A stretch of DNA of 64,000 bases from Cystobasidiomycetes sp. EMM_F5 (taxonomy: Eukaryota). Positions 20,122 through 33,474 of the stretch are shown here, piece by piece. Location of the stretch: positions 248,001 to 312,000 of the forward strand of contig JBPGPT010000003.1 of the NCBI GenBank assembly GCA_051047955.1, in the 5' to 3' direction. The notes under the pieces were generated by a model, which was given only the letters and a program-made list of their open reading frames with translations, searched no databases and was not told where the DNA came from. Within the stretch, counting starts at the first letter, position 1, and every line of letters begins with the position of its first letter. A program made the position numbers and the translations under genes.

Positions 20122-21067
20122 TTAGACAACTGTACCAGCATTGCTAGCAATACGCGGCCACAAATCTGCTGCCTCCTTCGCGACTGGACCTGCAATAGCT
20201 GAGCCTATGTTATCGACAAGGACACATTGTGCGTTAGCTGTCTACCCTCGACGTCGTTCAAAATGGCTCCGGCTGACCTTTCATCTCGCCTTTGGGGTTG
20301 ACGATAACGCCGGCGTTGTCCTCAAAGTAGAGGTAAACACCGTCTTTCCTTCTCCATGCCTTGCGCTGGCGGACAACGATGGCAGGGTGGACTGTGGGGA
20401 GATCGTCAGACTAGTGCATGACAGACGATGCTGAGCAGACGGAGCTTACCCTTCTTCCTCAAATCTGGCTTTCCTTTCTTGACAGTTGCAAGGACCATGT
20501 CACCAGCGGCGGCAGCTGGCAGACGATTCAAGCGCGATCCAGTACGGGTGACGGCGATGATGTACAAATCTGAAATAGAAAGATAGATTGTGTAAGCGGC
20601 AAGTCAACCACGACGGCGTTGCTACACACTTTTACCGCCCGAATTGTCGCAGCAGTTCATTACGGCACCGACTGGCAGAGCCAAAGTCATGCGGAATTTT
20701 GGCTGGGCTGGAAATTGGAAGTCGGTCAGCCTTCGTATGATGACGCGTTTGCGTCACCAGGAGAGTATCGCGTTGCATCAGAGGGCGGTCGGCAGAATGG
20801 CTGGAGTTATCGAAAAGAAGGTCGGCAGATAATGGCAGTGTCGAATTCTGCGTGTCGATTCTCTAAGCAAGTGCTGCGATGCCCAAACTTGCAGGCCAAT
20901 GCTTTGCCGAAACCCAGCCTGTTGTAAGACCCTTGCTGTACAACCACTGTTGCATCGCTCCGTTACTCCTGGGACACTCCATATTCCTGCCGTGATGTGA
21001 CGCGATACTCTCCCGAGACTCGTATGACCATTCACTGACCGCCTCCACCTCTTCCGAGTTTAGCCAT
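20122..21067 (-). CDS. RPL23: 60S ribosomal protein L23 (uL14), 5 exons
   Basis: [42 protein letters not shown]...[86 protein letters not shown]. Confidence 0.97.
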
Positions 21068-21503
21068 GTCTATTGGATGCGAGATGCAGTATGCAATGCA
21101 GATATGTCGAATAATTGACGAGATCGAAGCGTGACCAAGTGAGAACAGGAGAACCGAAGATCGAGCGACTTTGATCAGCAAGTAGTTTGAATATACAGAA
21201 GAGACCTTCACTGCTCACCTGTATGATGTTGCGGTGTGCTTCACCCTCCGGCTCAGGTCTCTCAGCTCCTCCCTCCCTTTCCTCTCGCGCGATCGAGCCA
21301 GAAAAATCTCCAAGTCTTCCCCAGAAAGCCAAAGCAGGACCTTCACGGCCGCGCTGTAGGTGAGAGCCACCTGCTTGCAGTGTACTGTCAGGGATTTGCT
21401 AATCTTTCGTTTGCGTGATCATTGATATCCTTCTCTGCTGCCGGCCGTGCTGCTAACGCCTATCCAAATCTCAACTAACCATACATATATAAGATTGCGC
21501 AGC

Positions 21504-22828
21504 ATGACGCAAGTCAACGTTTGGCATGTCGTCGTTAATCCTGCCAGCGGGAACGGGCTTGCGCTGCAATTTGCGAGCGAAGTAGAGCGACGTTTAAATA
21601 CCGCTAACATCCCCTTCCAAACTCACTCAACACAGCATGAAGGCGATGGCTACCGGGTTGGCCTTTCGCTAGGCTCCTCTATCCCCATCCAGTTGAATGA
21701 TAGGGATGATGATCACGCAATTTTCAAGGGGCAGACAATCGTCTGCATAATAGGTGGAGACGGTACCTTGCATGAAGTTTTGAATGGCCTGCAGTCGGCT
21801 GCAAAGCAGGGGCAGCATCCCCCTGCGTATGTCAACTTCGTTCTCATACCCGCTGGTACAGCGAACGCGTACTATCACAGTCTGTTTCATGAGCGATATG
21901 GGTCAGCAAATACAGCTGGCGAAATGTACAGATGGTACAGCCTGGATGCTGCATTATCTGGAGACGTTACTGCATCCCGTCCTAATTTACCGCTTACTCT
22001 ACTACAAGTAGACGTTATTGGCGAAGCACATCAACCTGGCGGACCATCAGCCCCTAAGGAGCGGTACTATGCACACGTAGTGACGTCGACAGCGCTACAT
22101 GCGGCTCTGTTGCAGACTGCTTCATCGCGGGAAATGAGGCAGAAGCATCCCGGCACTGAGCGCTTCCGCTTAGCTGCGCAGATGCACGCTGGCACCGTAT
22201 ACGAAGCTGCTGTGAAACTGCTACCAACAGGATCAACGCAGACGGTACAGAAATACAATGCGCGAGAGAAGAAATGGGAAAGCATGATTCTGTCACCATC
22301 GGACGTCTCGGCACCGGGAAAATCTGTAGATACGTTTACGTTACCAACGAACTCCTTCACATACTTTGTTTCAGCCCTCATTGATCGCTTTGAGGAGAAC
22401 TTCGTCATCGCACCGCTTTCATCGCCTTCACAAAGACCGTCAGATGCTGTCGATATTCTGTTCGTTCGGGCAATGGATAACGCTACGAAGGAAGAGGAAG
22501 GACAGCGATTATTTACCATCCTCAATGCTGCTTTCGAAAATGGACAACACGTGAATCTAGCGGAAATATCAGACGGCAGCTTGGTGATGAGTGATGCAGG
22601 CGATCATGTTGCTGAATACTACCGGTGCGGAGGTTTTGCTTGGAAACCAGTGAGTTTCGCTATGCATAATATTGCCTCTTCAGAAATAACTGATTAAGGT
22701 GTAAATAGCTGAATGATGCTGCACGCCTGGCATGCGTTGACGGTACAACATTTGAGTTGGCGGCTGGCACAGTTTTGCAATGCGTTGTCGAGTCTGCTTC
22801 ATCGCAACGATACACTGTGTACTGCTAG
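21504..22828 (+). CDS. Diacylglycerol/sphingosine kinase-family lipid kinase
   Basis: VVVNPASG, IGGDGTLHEVLNGL and IPAGTANA motifs; last exon (22709-22828) supplies the conserved CVDG. Confidence 0.88.
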
Positions 22829-22984
22829 ATTTCACTCGCAATATTGGAAGATGTTGGCATACTGGCATCATCGAAATACCGTTGACTGTAATTACTACAT
22901 CCAGACTGTAATCTGCACGTACTCTGACGTTGTGCTCGCCTGAAGACTTCAAGGACCACCGGCCGGTGCTTGGTGTGGCAGTCG

Positions 22985-23938
22985 TTATTTAAGCAGACTA
23001 CCGTAAACTGTTCGGAAGGCCTGCTTCGCTGCATCACCCTCGATGACGGAACCATGACAGGGTATTATGCGATTAAAGTCCAGCGATAGAATCTGCTTGA
23101 TTGCAGCACCGAATTCTCTGCGATACAATCTATTAGCGATCGTAGTTGAATACCTGTTGCTAAATACTGACGTAGGCTTGGCTCTGCTGAATCCGTAGCC
23201 TAAAGCAGAGTGTACCTTGCTACCCACTGCGAATTGATTCGCAAGTACAGCAGGTGGCCAGTAAGAGCCGGTTACTTGGTCTTTGTCAGGGCAGTTGAAA
23301 ATGACATCTGCTTCGATGACGGTCTTTGTAGGTGCGTGATACCACACAACATCCTGGGAACGAATTACACCCAGCGCGATCAGTTTGTGTTCATCCTGGC
23401 AGCAATACCGCTAACCTCATTCGGATGACCGGGCAGTGCGATGGCCTGGAACTCGGCTGCTAGCTCTGAATCGAGAGGCTGATCTGGAAGGGAGGTGCTA
23501 AAGGTGAGATCCGTACGCTTCTTGACTAGGCCTGCGGGGCCAACCAGTCGGGCAGATGGATACTGCTGCGCGTATTGCGACATGTACATTGCATGTTCGG
23601 CATCGAGGGCTACAATGTGCGAGACTTTGCCGTTGCCAAGTTGACTAAGAGCAGTCTTGCTTTCATCGTCTAGCGGATGACTTGCGAATGCCACAATGTT
23701 GCCAGAAGCAAGGGCGACCTGGAGAGGTGCAGGAAGAACATCAGATGTATTTAGACTGTGCTGCCTTTAAGCTCACAGCGGTGCTTCTACCTCCGAATGC
23801 CACCACACCGAAGCGATTGAAGTTTACGCTGAAGATGGTGGTCCGAGGATCAAGCTTGCGGATCTGCGAATGAAAATGTGCATGAGATGTAAGGGTTGCG
23901 GCAAGCCAGGGTCTGCGACGGCTGACCACAGCAGGCAT
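22985..23938 (-). CDS. DUF4336-family (metallo-beta-lactamase-like fold) protein
   Basis: FNRFG...GGRSTAV, VSHIVALDAEH, HAPTKTVIEADVIFN and FNRIIPCHG motifs. Start inferred as MPAV|IRKLD. Confidence 0.75.
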
Positions 23939-24277
23939 GCTAATTGATTATCGTATTAGCTCAGTATTCCAATTGCGTGAAGTTGGAAGCAGGCAAGCCA
24001 TGCCAGGCTGAGATTGTTCGTTGAAATGATGATGCGTTTTGTAGAACACGTGACTGCTATCTTGTAAATCTTTCTGATGCCGATATCTTGACTGTAGGTC
24101 CAGCGTTAGTGGTGCACGGGTAGCCATAGTATGGTCTGGTCTGCAGGTCTGAAACAGAAGCAGTACTGTTGCCAAATTAGCGGTCTTGGCTGAAAGTTCA
24201 GGGAGCTCCCAGCCGAGTCAATTTCCTTGCCGAGTCGCGTCTCTTTCCATCTGACCGACTACAACCACCCTGCAAAC

Positions 24278-25692
24278 ATGTCGCGGCCTTCAGACTTCTC
24301 GCTCGAAGCCTTGATCCGACCTAATATCCTGAAGCTGCAGCCATACCGATGCGCCAGAGACGACTACTCTGCCGGTAAGTGAAAACAACCAAGCGGTATG
24401 CTGACTCGCCTGTTTCCGAGGCTAATTTCGCCTACGACAGGTATACTCCTTGACGCGAATGAAAATGCCCTCGGTCCTTCACTCGATGCACCATCTACCT
24501 CTGCTGGGAACGGATGCAGTAACGGTCACTCCGATTCTGAGCAATGGGATTTTGCGGAGCTGGAATTGAATCGCTATCCTGATCCGGTACAGGGTGAAAT
24601 AAAGGAAAGGTTCGCAACATATCGCAAGTTTAAGTATGGCAAGCAAGGAACCTTTCTGGGCGTCGGGAGCGACGAAATCATAGACTTACTGATGCGGATA
24701 ACATGCAAGCCCGGCGAAGGAGGAGACGAGATACTAGGTGTGTTGCAATCGCCGACTCGAAATGACGTAACAACTAACGCCTGACCATACAGTCTGTCCA
24801 CCTACATACGGCATGTACTCCGTCTGCGCGGCTGTTAACGATATCCAAGTTATAAAAAGTCCCTTAGACGTGAAGGGCGGGCGCTTCCAACCCCGCTTGG
24901 ATGACATCAATAGCATACTTTCTGGGCCGGACGCTAAGCGCATCAAATTAGTCTTTCTGACATCCCCCGGAAATCCTACCGGAACAAGCATACCAAACGA
25001 TACCATCCAGCAGATATTGGCTCACCCGACATGGCGAGGTTTCGTCGTGGTGGACGAAGCCTACATAGACTTTGCGACCGGCGCTTCCGCTGTGGAATTG
25101 TGCGTAGCAATGACACAACTTTGACCGAGCATGCTCGTCGGACTAATCTCTCGGCTATGTCAGATTTAACGAGGGATGGCAAAATCTCGTAGTAATGCAG
25201 ACTCTAAGCAAAGGCTTTGGTTTGGCGGGCATCAGAATTGGGGTGTCCTTTCAAACGCCCGAACTCGCTCAAATACTCGCAAATACAAAAGCACCGTACT
25301 CGATAGGCACTCCCACAGCTTCATTAGCGTTACGCGCTCTCGGACCGGAGAATATCAAGGCCAAGGAAGATAAAGTGGCAACATTGGTCGCGAATCGGAA
25401 ATGGTTGCTCGATACACTGGCAAAAGATTTCTCAGACTCAATAGGACCGCCCTTGGGTACTAATGAGGCGAACTTTATTCTGGTGCCTGTGTATGCAAAA
25501 TCTGGCTCACCGACACTCGATAACGTTCGTGCAGCAGTCGTGTACAAGCAGCTGGCTGAGCACAAGGGCGTCGTAGTGCGCTTTCGGGGCAACGAAGTCG
25601 GATGTGAGGCATGCTTGCGCATTACTATCGGAACAGAAGCAGAGTGCCAGGCGGCTGTGGAGAAATTACGTGAAGCATTAGAGGAAAATTGA
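24278..25692 (+). CDS. HIS5: Histidinol-phosphate aminotransferase
   Basis: IRPNILKLQPYRCARDDY, LLDANEN, LNRYPDP, GVGSDEIID, SPGNPTG, VVDEAYIDF, MQTLSKGFGLAGIR (PLP lysine). Confidence 0.96.
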
Positions 25693-25855
25693 TCGTTTGA
25701 GCCAGCAGTACGGCTCGTGGAGCTTCGGTCGATGTAATGCCCGTTATGCGAGTGCGTGCTAGACCTGAAGCATTATGCCGGGATCAATTAGCGAGGCATG
25801 ATGTACTTGGTTGCCGCCACGTTTTGGCCGAAGAGAGTGCTTCGGACAATGCCAA

Positions 25856-27421
25856 ATGGGAGAACTCGAGGAACTATGTACACTGAGTGGTCATTCTGCG
25901 GCAGCGTGGTCAGTATGCTGGCACCCCACAGAACCGCTGCTAGCGAGCTGTTCGAGCGATAAATCAATTCGACTGTACGCCTTTACGCAAAAAGCAAGCT
26001 TCCAGCACGTCAATACGCTGCCAGCTGCGCACAACCGTACAATCCGACAGATAGCGTTCAGTCCTGATGGCAGGCGTATGGCGAGTGCGAGCTTCGACAG
26101 TACGGTCGGTATCTGGGAACGAAACACTGGACATCGGATAGCGGATAACGACAGCGATGATGACGAAGCCGACACGAGTGAAGAGTGGGAGAATGTTGGA
26201 AGTCTTGAAGGTACGCCTCAGCAGAAATGCTTCGTAAACATACTGTTGCTGATTTTGTCAAACACGACAGGCCACGAAAGCGAGGTCAAAAGTGTAGCTT
26301 GGTCTTATGACGGTGGTTTACTGGCAACATGCGGGAGGGACAAGAGCGTGTGGATTTGGGATGCAAACACACCCGACGAGGACTTCGAATGCCTCGCCGT
26401 GCTGATTGAACATACACAAGATGTAAAGCAAGTCTCGTTCTCGCCAACTGAAGAAGTTAGTGAACCTTGAGGTGGGGTTGGCATGTAAAGCACAGTCTGA
26501 CCAGCTCTCTACAGATTCTAGCATCGTCATCATACGACGACACGGTGAAACTATACGCCAGCGACTACTCTTCTGATGAGTGGACTGTAACGCATCATCT
26601 ACCCCCTCTTCCGCCCAAACACTACAACTTTCCAAATGCGCCAGAGCCTGAAGCAGACGAATCCGGTACAGGCCACACAAACACTGTATGGTGTTCTGCC
26701 TTTTCACCAGATGGTAACTACCTGGCATCGTGCTCAGACGATTTAACGATCCGCGTATGGGCACGCTTCAAGCGGAAAAACGTGAAGGGCGAACCTGGAG
26801 GCGCATTCCGCGTAGGACGTACCGAGAAGGAAGGATGGTACCTCGCAAGTGTGCTCGAGAATTATCACGACAGGACCATCTTCAGTGTTGACTGGACTGT
26901 CTCTGGAGCTTGGCAACCGACGCTGACTGGAGGCGAGCAGACGATTGGTAGAATAGCGAGCGTGGGAGGGGATGGACAGCTTTGCGTAATAGGAATGGTG
27001 AGCACGTCTGGAATCACGTCGCGAAGTAATGTGCTGACCTTTGATGCAGATAGCGAAAGCAGATGACAGTGAACGGTGTGGCTTTGTCCTTCGACACGAG
27101 CTGTTGTGTGCTCGTGAGCAAGCACATGGTGTCTATGACATCAATAGCGTGCAGTGGTGTCGATTAGGTATATCGTCATCCTCTACCGACAATAGTAATA
27201 GCGCGACAGGATCTTCTCAGCATCATCCTTCCCATGATGTCGATATGCACGATACGGATGCAAACACCCATGAAGCTATGCGAGATCGCAAAGCCGCACA
27301 TTGGAGGTCAGCGCAAGATCTGCTGGCGACGGCCGCGGACGATGGCAGTATCAAAGTTTGGAGATTTCCTCCGCAAACAAGCAGCAGTGTTGGACACGCG
27401 CTCCAGCCTGTTCAAGAATGA
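25856..27421 (+). CDS. CIA1: Cytosolic Fe-S assembly WD40 protein
   Basis: AWSVCWHP..PLLASCSSDK, HNRTIR, LEGHESEVKSVAW, GRDKSVWIW, FECLAVLIEHTQDVK, LASSSYDDT, HTNTVW, HDRTIFSVDW. Confidence 0.94.
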
Positions 27422-27449
27422 GCACGCCTGTTATGATTGACAGCGCATG

Positions 27450-28367
27450 CTAAAGGAAGCCTTGCGCGGTCCCTTTGGCGAAGTAAATCGGACCCGTTTC
27501 CGAAAGTTTGTACTGCAAAGGCCGATTGAGCGTATGCTCTGTCAGCGGCCCTCCGCCGACTAGAGCTGGAGCACGGTGGTAAACCAGCTATACATGCAGT
27601 ATGCAATTCAGCCGGATAATCGGACCAAATCTCAAGAGTCCGCCTACCTCGCCAGTCATCTGCGCTCTCAGGCTGCGCGTTTGTACCCAGACATCACACA
27701 GCTGGATGAGCTGGCGCAATAGGAAAGCATCTCCTTGAGATCGTGTGATTGTATTTTTTACGCTTGAGAAAGCGTCGTCGTGATAAACCAGTAGTACCGA
27801 TGCGTCTGTCTGGAACCGGCATGAGGTCAGATAGATGGCTCCGGCAGTACAGAATCAGCAGACATACGAGGCGAGCGGTCGCACGTAGAGTGCGCAAGAA
27901 CCTGAGTAGTTCGACTTCTTTCGATCCAGCATAGAGTAAGGCAGTCGTGTCGTCAACAACGACCAGACTGCCCGGGATCATACTGCGAGCCAGTGCGCCG
28001 TGCAGTACAGACAGTGGATCTTCCTCTGTAACAATGGTGGTGCCATCAATGAAAGCAAAGTTGCCCTTTTCTGTTTCATTAGGTAGCTGTATTCCCTGTT
28101 GACATCGACAAATCAACCTCAATCAGCAAGCGTCCTCGAATGCTGGAGAATATGACGCACATGCTTCTTCAGTATTGCAACATAGTAGGCATAGCTGTGA
28201 CTGATCCCAATCAATGTGCACGGCCGTTTAGCTTTTATTGCCAGCGAGATATACTGGACAATCAGGAATATCGCTGGCGCTTCGATTGAATCAGAGATGA
28301 CGACAGCAAAGTCGTGCGGTATGCACGGCGTCGCAGACCCGTCTCTCTGCCGAAAGTTTACAGACAT
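27450..28367 (-). CDS. ELP6: Elongator complex subunit 6 (RecA-like fold)
   Basis: VISDSIEAPAIFLIVQYI...HSYAYYVAILKKHGIQL...FAFIDG...LVVVDDTTALL; C-terminal LQYKLSETGPIYFAKG. Confidence 0.78.
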
Positions 28368-28761
28368 AGATCAGAGTCGGTTGCTACAAAGAGGGCTGGA
28401 AAAGAAGCATGATCTATGGGAGGTAGTAACACTGGCAGCGTGAGCGCCGGTCACATCTACACGTTCGGACATCGACTGTCGTACATTCCCGCATCTAATT
28501 GAACATTCTTTGCAATGTAAGAAATGTTTGCATTCTCCCGTAAATGGATGTCTCAGAGTCACAACAATCACCAACAACATATTGATGTATGTTGACGCAG
28601 GAAGCCAGGAATTAGCGGTGGAATCTGAATCAAAGGCGAGAGGTATATGGTAATATAAGCATGTGCACTATCTTCGATAACCTTCGATCATTCGGCTCTG
28701 CGGAGATGAGAAAGACGGCTGTTCATCAAATTGTCCAGCAGGGGAAAGTGCGCTTAGACAC

Positions 28762-30033
28762 TTACTTTCCCTTAGACTTTGGCTTATCTGCAGCAGCACC
28801 CTTGGACTTGGGTTTATCGGCAGCGCCCTTGGACTTCGGCTTATCATCGTTGGCCGCAGCTTTGCCCTTTGAGGCTGGTGCTTTATCCTCCTTCTGCTTC
28901 TTGGCAGGTGGCTCGTCCTCCTGTAAACATAGTGTCAATTATCACTTAGCACAAAATCGGTGTGGTTAAATACCTTCTTATCGCGTGCATTGCGGGACGG
29001 CTGGGTTCTGGAAGCCGGCTTTGTCTCCTTTGCATCCGCTGCCTTCTTTCGCTTATCTCCAGCTTTGGCAGTCTTGTCGTCCTTCTTCTCCTGGTCGTCG
29101 TCTTTGCCGTCTGCCATTTCTTCGTCACCATTCTTGCCTTCTCGCTCTTCCTTCTCTTTGTGAGCCTGGGCTGCCGCTCCGTGCAGCTCGCCAGAGCCGG
29201 ACGTCTTGGCCTTCGACTGAGGCTTGGCCTTGGACTGGGGTTTGGCTTTGGCATCCTTGTCCTCTGCACCATCCTTCTTCTCTTTGTCTTCGTGCGCCTT
29301 GGCAGCGGCTCCGTGCAGCTCTTTACCATTTGAGTCGGTGGTCTTGGTCTTAGAAGCAGCGGCTCCCTTCGACTGTGGTTTAGCCTTTGACTGAGGCTTC
29401 TTGCTCGCTTTATCATCATCTGCCTTATCATCGGCCGCTTTGTCGTCTGCACCATCCTTCTTTTCTTTGTCGTCATGGGCTTTAGCAGCAGCGCCATGGA
29501 GTTCCTTGCCGTTTGAATCAGTAGTTTTGGCTTTAGATGCAGCTGCACCTTTCGACTGAGGCTTGCCCTTGGATTGAGGCTTCTTGCTAGTCTCTCCACC
29601 ATCCGCTTTTGGCTCGGGCGCACCTTTCTCCGCCTTGTTCTTGTTATCGCCGGAGTCCTGTTGACGCAGCCATCGTGTGAGACTATCAAAAGTTCTCCGC
29701 TTGTAGTGACATTGCGTACCTCGTAGTCGCCTCCACGCTTCTCGTATTCCTGCGCCATCTGGCTGGCCTCTGCGAGAGTGTAAGACAGGTCATGAGCGAG
29801 GAAATCACAACGGTAGGGGGAGTAGCGTATGGGTGAGTCTTGTTGACTACGTCATAGTCTCTCGTGCTACAACCTACTATTCGCCGACCATTGGCCCGGA
29901 GCGCCGCCCTTGTCACGCTGCATGACTTCCTCCTTGACCTGCTCGCGGAGCTAGAGGAACGACATTGAATTCATAAGTGTGTCAGTTTGGATAATTATCT
30001 CGAGGAACTCTCATTGCTGTACTCGACAGCCAT
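28762..30033 (-). CDS. DUF5872-like N-terminal domain followed by a K/D/E-rich repetitive tail (both ends approximate)
   Basis: LREQVKEEVMQRDKGGAPGQWSANKASQMAQEYEKRGGDY resembles the DUF5872 motif from memory, followed by hydrophilic repeats. Confidence 0.7.
29150..29600 (-). repeat. Intragenic tandem repeats: three ELHGAAA(K/Q)AH modules with KPQSK/KPKSK spacers
   Basis: Near-identical DSNGKELHGAAAKAH(D/E)DKEKKDGA(D/E)DK at ~29520 and ~29335; a third degenerate copy at ~29195. Confidence 0.85.
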
Positions 30034-30480
30034 CCAAATCGCCATCTACGGGAAGTCGCACGAGGCGGGCTGCCGTTAGCTACGAGGCAAAAGAGAAGGC
30101 AGACCGACCTTTGGATCTGTTGGCTTGCCCTTTGACGATGTCATTGTTTGATGTCTGACTTGCTGTGTATTTGTGTTTGTTGTGTTGTTTGAAGCGAAAT
30201 GAAGCCTTTCGCGATGAGGTCAGGCGGGGAGCCCCCTTTCTGGCTATGGCTTTATTAGGGAATAATATGTGAGGGGGTGGCCATCGAGAACTGTCGATGA
30301 TCTCAAAAAATAAACAAGTAGTAGAAAGCACAAGACGGGCGTTTAATTTTCAGTATGCATTGCTTGCTCTCGAACGCTTGTAGTATAGATACATTGGAAT
30401 TGGTACGTATTACTAAGATTATGTCTATACTTGCGGCTGCTCTTGATGAATCGTATATACTGCAAACTGCACGGACTGAT

Positions 30481-32489
30481 CTACACTTTGGATGCAGCTG
30501 ATGCGTTTTCCTCGCTCGCCTTCTCTTTGATTCCCCATTGTTCATCGGTGGTTGCGTTGAGTGTCAAGGCCTTGATGAATAGCGAGCAAACGAAGCCGGC
30601 GACTGCAAAGCCGATGAGGACAAACCAGATTGTGCGGATAGAGTCCGAAAATGCCACTCTAGTAGCTGATCGAAGAGGCTCTGGTAGACTTGCGATTTCG
30701 GGGATGGCGGAATATGCTGCAGCAACGCCTCCTGGAAGTTGCGAGATGAGCTCTTGTGGCAGTCTTTCACCGAACTGATTGGTCAGGACGACAGATCCGA
30801 TGGTGATGCCAAAGACCTGGCCGAAGGATCTCGTAAATGCACCAAAGGCCATCGCAGGCGCGTTCAAGGCAGGGGGAAGTGGGGCGAGGATTGCGAAATT
30901 TGGTGCAGCATACAGCATACCCAGCCCAACAGCCAGTGGAACCTGGATACCCAAAGCCATAGCTAGCGATGAGCTTGCTCGAATAAGAGTAAGAATGCCG
31001 ACGCCGACTGCCAGGATCACCCAAGCCATGATGTTCTGCGGCTTGTATTTGCCTGTAACGGTAGTGGAAATACCGACGACGATAGCAAATGGAGCGACGA
31101 GGAACGCAGTAGGGAAGATGTCAACGCCAGAGCGTACTGGTCCATGTCCGAGGACAGATTGAAACCATGCCGGGAGATAGTAGAAGACAGCGATACTGAT
31201 GATGCCGTGCAAGAAAGTTGTCAGGTAGCCCATGATCGTTGTGATATTGAAAAGCTGGAAGGGCAAAATAGAGTCTTTTGCGAACTTGCGCTCGTAGAAT
31301 GCGAAGACGAATAATCCAGCGACACCGATTAGCAGCGGCGCCAAAGTTCCAGCGGAAGCCCAGGGAAATTCGGTTCCGCCGAATGTTAGGCCACAAATGA
31401 GCAGTGTGGCAGCACCCAGGAAGATCAGCGACCCAATCCAGTCCACCTTGCGAAGTTTTGTTCCCAGGCTTCCCTCAGGAATCCGCAAATTCAGGAAGAT
31501 GACAACCAGCCCAAAGGACAGTACCGCAAGGGGGATATTAAGATAGAATAGCCATCTCCAATTGCTGGCGGCCAGCGCGCCGCCCATGACGGGACCTGCA
31601 TTAGATAAGGATAATTGACAAAGTGTGAGCACAGTCAGCGCACATCCCATATCGTACTGGATGCACCACTCTCACGTACCGATAGCCGAAGAGATAGCCC
31701 AGACCAAGCCGAGGAGGCCAAAGTAGAGTCCTCGCTCAGCAAGTGGGACCAAATCCGCAATGACAATTTCGACAAGTGTGAGAATGCCACCACCCTAGCG
31801 ACAGCAGTTATCAGTACGAAATTCCTCTGAGTTCCGAGGCAGCGAAAGAGGCTTACTCCTACACCTTGAATGGTTCGTCCAACAATCATGGCTGTGGCGC
31901 TGGTTGCAGAGCCGCAGACTGCTGACCCGACTGCAAAGATTGTAATGGCAGCAAGGAGGTTGGGCTTCCTTCCGAATACCTCTGCCAGACCTCCGAAGAC
32001 TGGGACTGCGGGGGAGAATAGCATTAGTCTCCGTACAAATGGCAAACGGGATAACATACGGAAAGCAGTAGAAGACAAGGCGTAAGCGCTGCCAATCCAT
32101 GTAAAGTCTTCAGACTTGAGATCGTATGCGATTGCTGAGCAGTGGTTTCCGAAGATCAGTAAATTGAAGTAAAAATCTCCGACAGTCAACAGCGCTTTGG
32201 TCTCAGACTCACTTGGTAGGGCTGTCGATACAGCCGTCAGATCCAAGGCCGATAAGAAAGTGGTGATCATGATTGACACCATAATCATCCAAAAGGCGGT
32301 TCCCTTCTTGGGACTGCTTGTCTTTGTGCCATCTTCCTCGGCTGCAACATCGCGACCAGGGGTGGTTGAGGGAGCGCTATCGCTGACGGCCGTCGACAAT
32401 AGTGCCTCTTTGACTGGAGAGTTGACTTTCTCGGCCGCTGGCGAATGCAAGTCCATGTTGACTACTGTAGACGTCTCAGAGCTCGACAT
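30481..32489 (-). CDS. MFS drug:H+ antiporter (14-TM, DHA2 family)
   Basis: FLSALDLTAVSTALP, WIGSAYALSSTAF, GGLAEVFGRK, GRTIQGVG, WRWLFYLNIP, VDWIG. Confidence 0.93.
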
Positions 32490-33474
32490 TTGTGATGGAT
32501 AGGAGAAAGGTTGGCTCGAGCAGATCTTTCTTGAGTAGCAGGATGGCTGATGAGATACAGAGAGGAGCGGAGTCGTCAAAGTGCAATGCCCTTTTATATG
32601 GACATACGCTCGGCAGCCGAGCTCTGACCCGACTTCGTCGCGAGTCTGTCGGTCGCAGATCCCCGATGCTGAAAGGCGGACGTGTTGACACGGCCACGCG
32701 TGCCTTAGCCCGTACTTACTACTTACGCCGATTCGATTCCTCCTGCCCGAATAAAATACTTCAAACCCCTTTTGTCGTTACGTCGGTCCGAGATGGGAAG
32801 AAGCCCGACAGCCCGAACACGGCCTTCGGTCACGAGAATCTGTTCGGTCAACGTAAAGCAACGTAAGTGCACGGCTGGCAGCACAGTAAGTGATCCGGTA
32901 CACGCAGAAAAGGATGGGGATGTTGGAATGTAGCGGTAGCGGATGCTTTCCCTTCCATTGTCAGCAGCTCGACCTTGAAGCGGTCTGTTTCGCGTAAAAT
33001 ACAAGCTGTAAGACGCGTCTCTGTATAAACGACCATCAAGCGACGTCGCCCGTAGCATCGGTCTCTTAGCTCTCAGTACTGTACCATCAGTTCTACTGTA
33101 GTTTCTGCAATCTCAACTTATTTCGAAACTGAAACGCTGCGCGCACAGCCCTTTTATGAGTTGTGGGCCTGACTGCCCGCGTCGCGGGGCCCGATGGAAT
33201 TGTAGACGCGCTTTGAACAAAAAGTTGGGTTCCGCTTTGGCCTAGCATTTCTGTGGGCTGTCAACAGAGTGTCAGGGTGTTATCGATCCCACAGCAGTCT
33301 GGCATACCTTGGCCGTATCGTACATATTGAGTACGAGAGCGGAACGCGCTGGTCGCACACAGGAGAACGGTTGGAGTCGGGATCTGCAGGACAGGCAACG
33401 AAAAACCCGAAGACGAACGGCGGACGGAGGCTGTCATCTTCACACACACGAGCTACGAAGTATCTACAGCAGCT

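Noticed and set aside
21504..32489. Possible metabolic gene cluster (lipid kinase, DUF4336, HIS5, MFS)
   Set aside because: No backbone enzyme (PKS/NRPS/terpene synthase), and the genes are interspersed with housekeeping genes.
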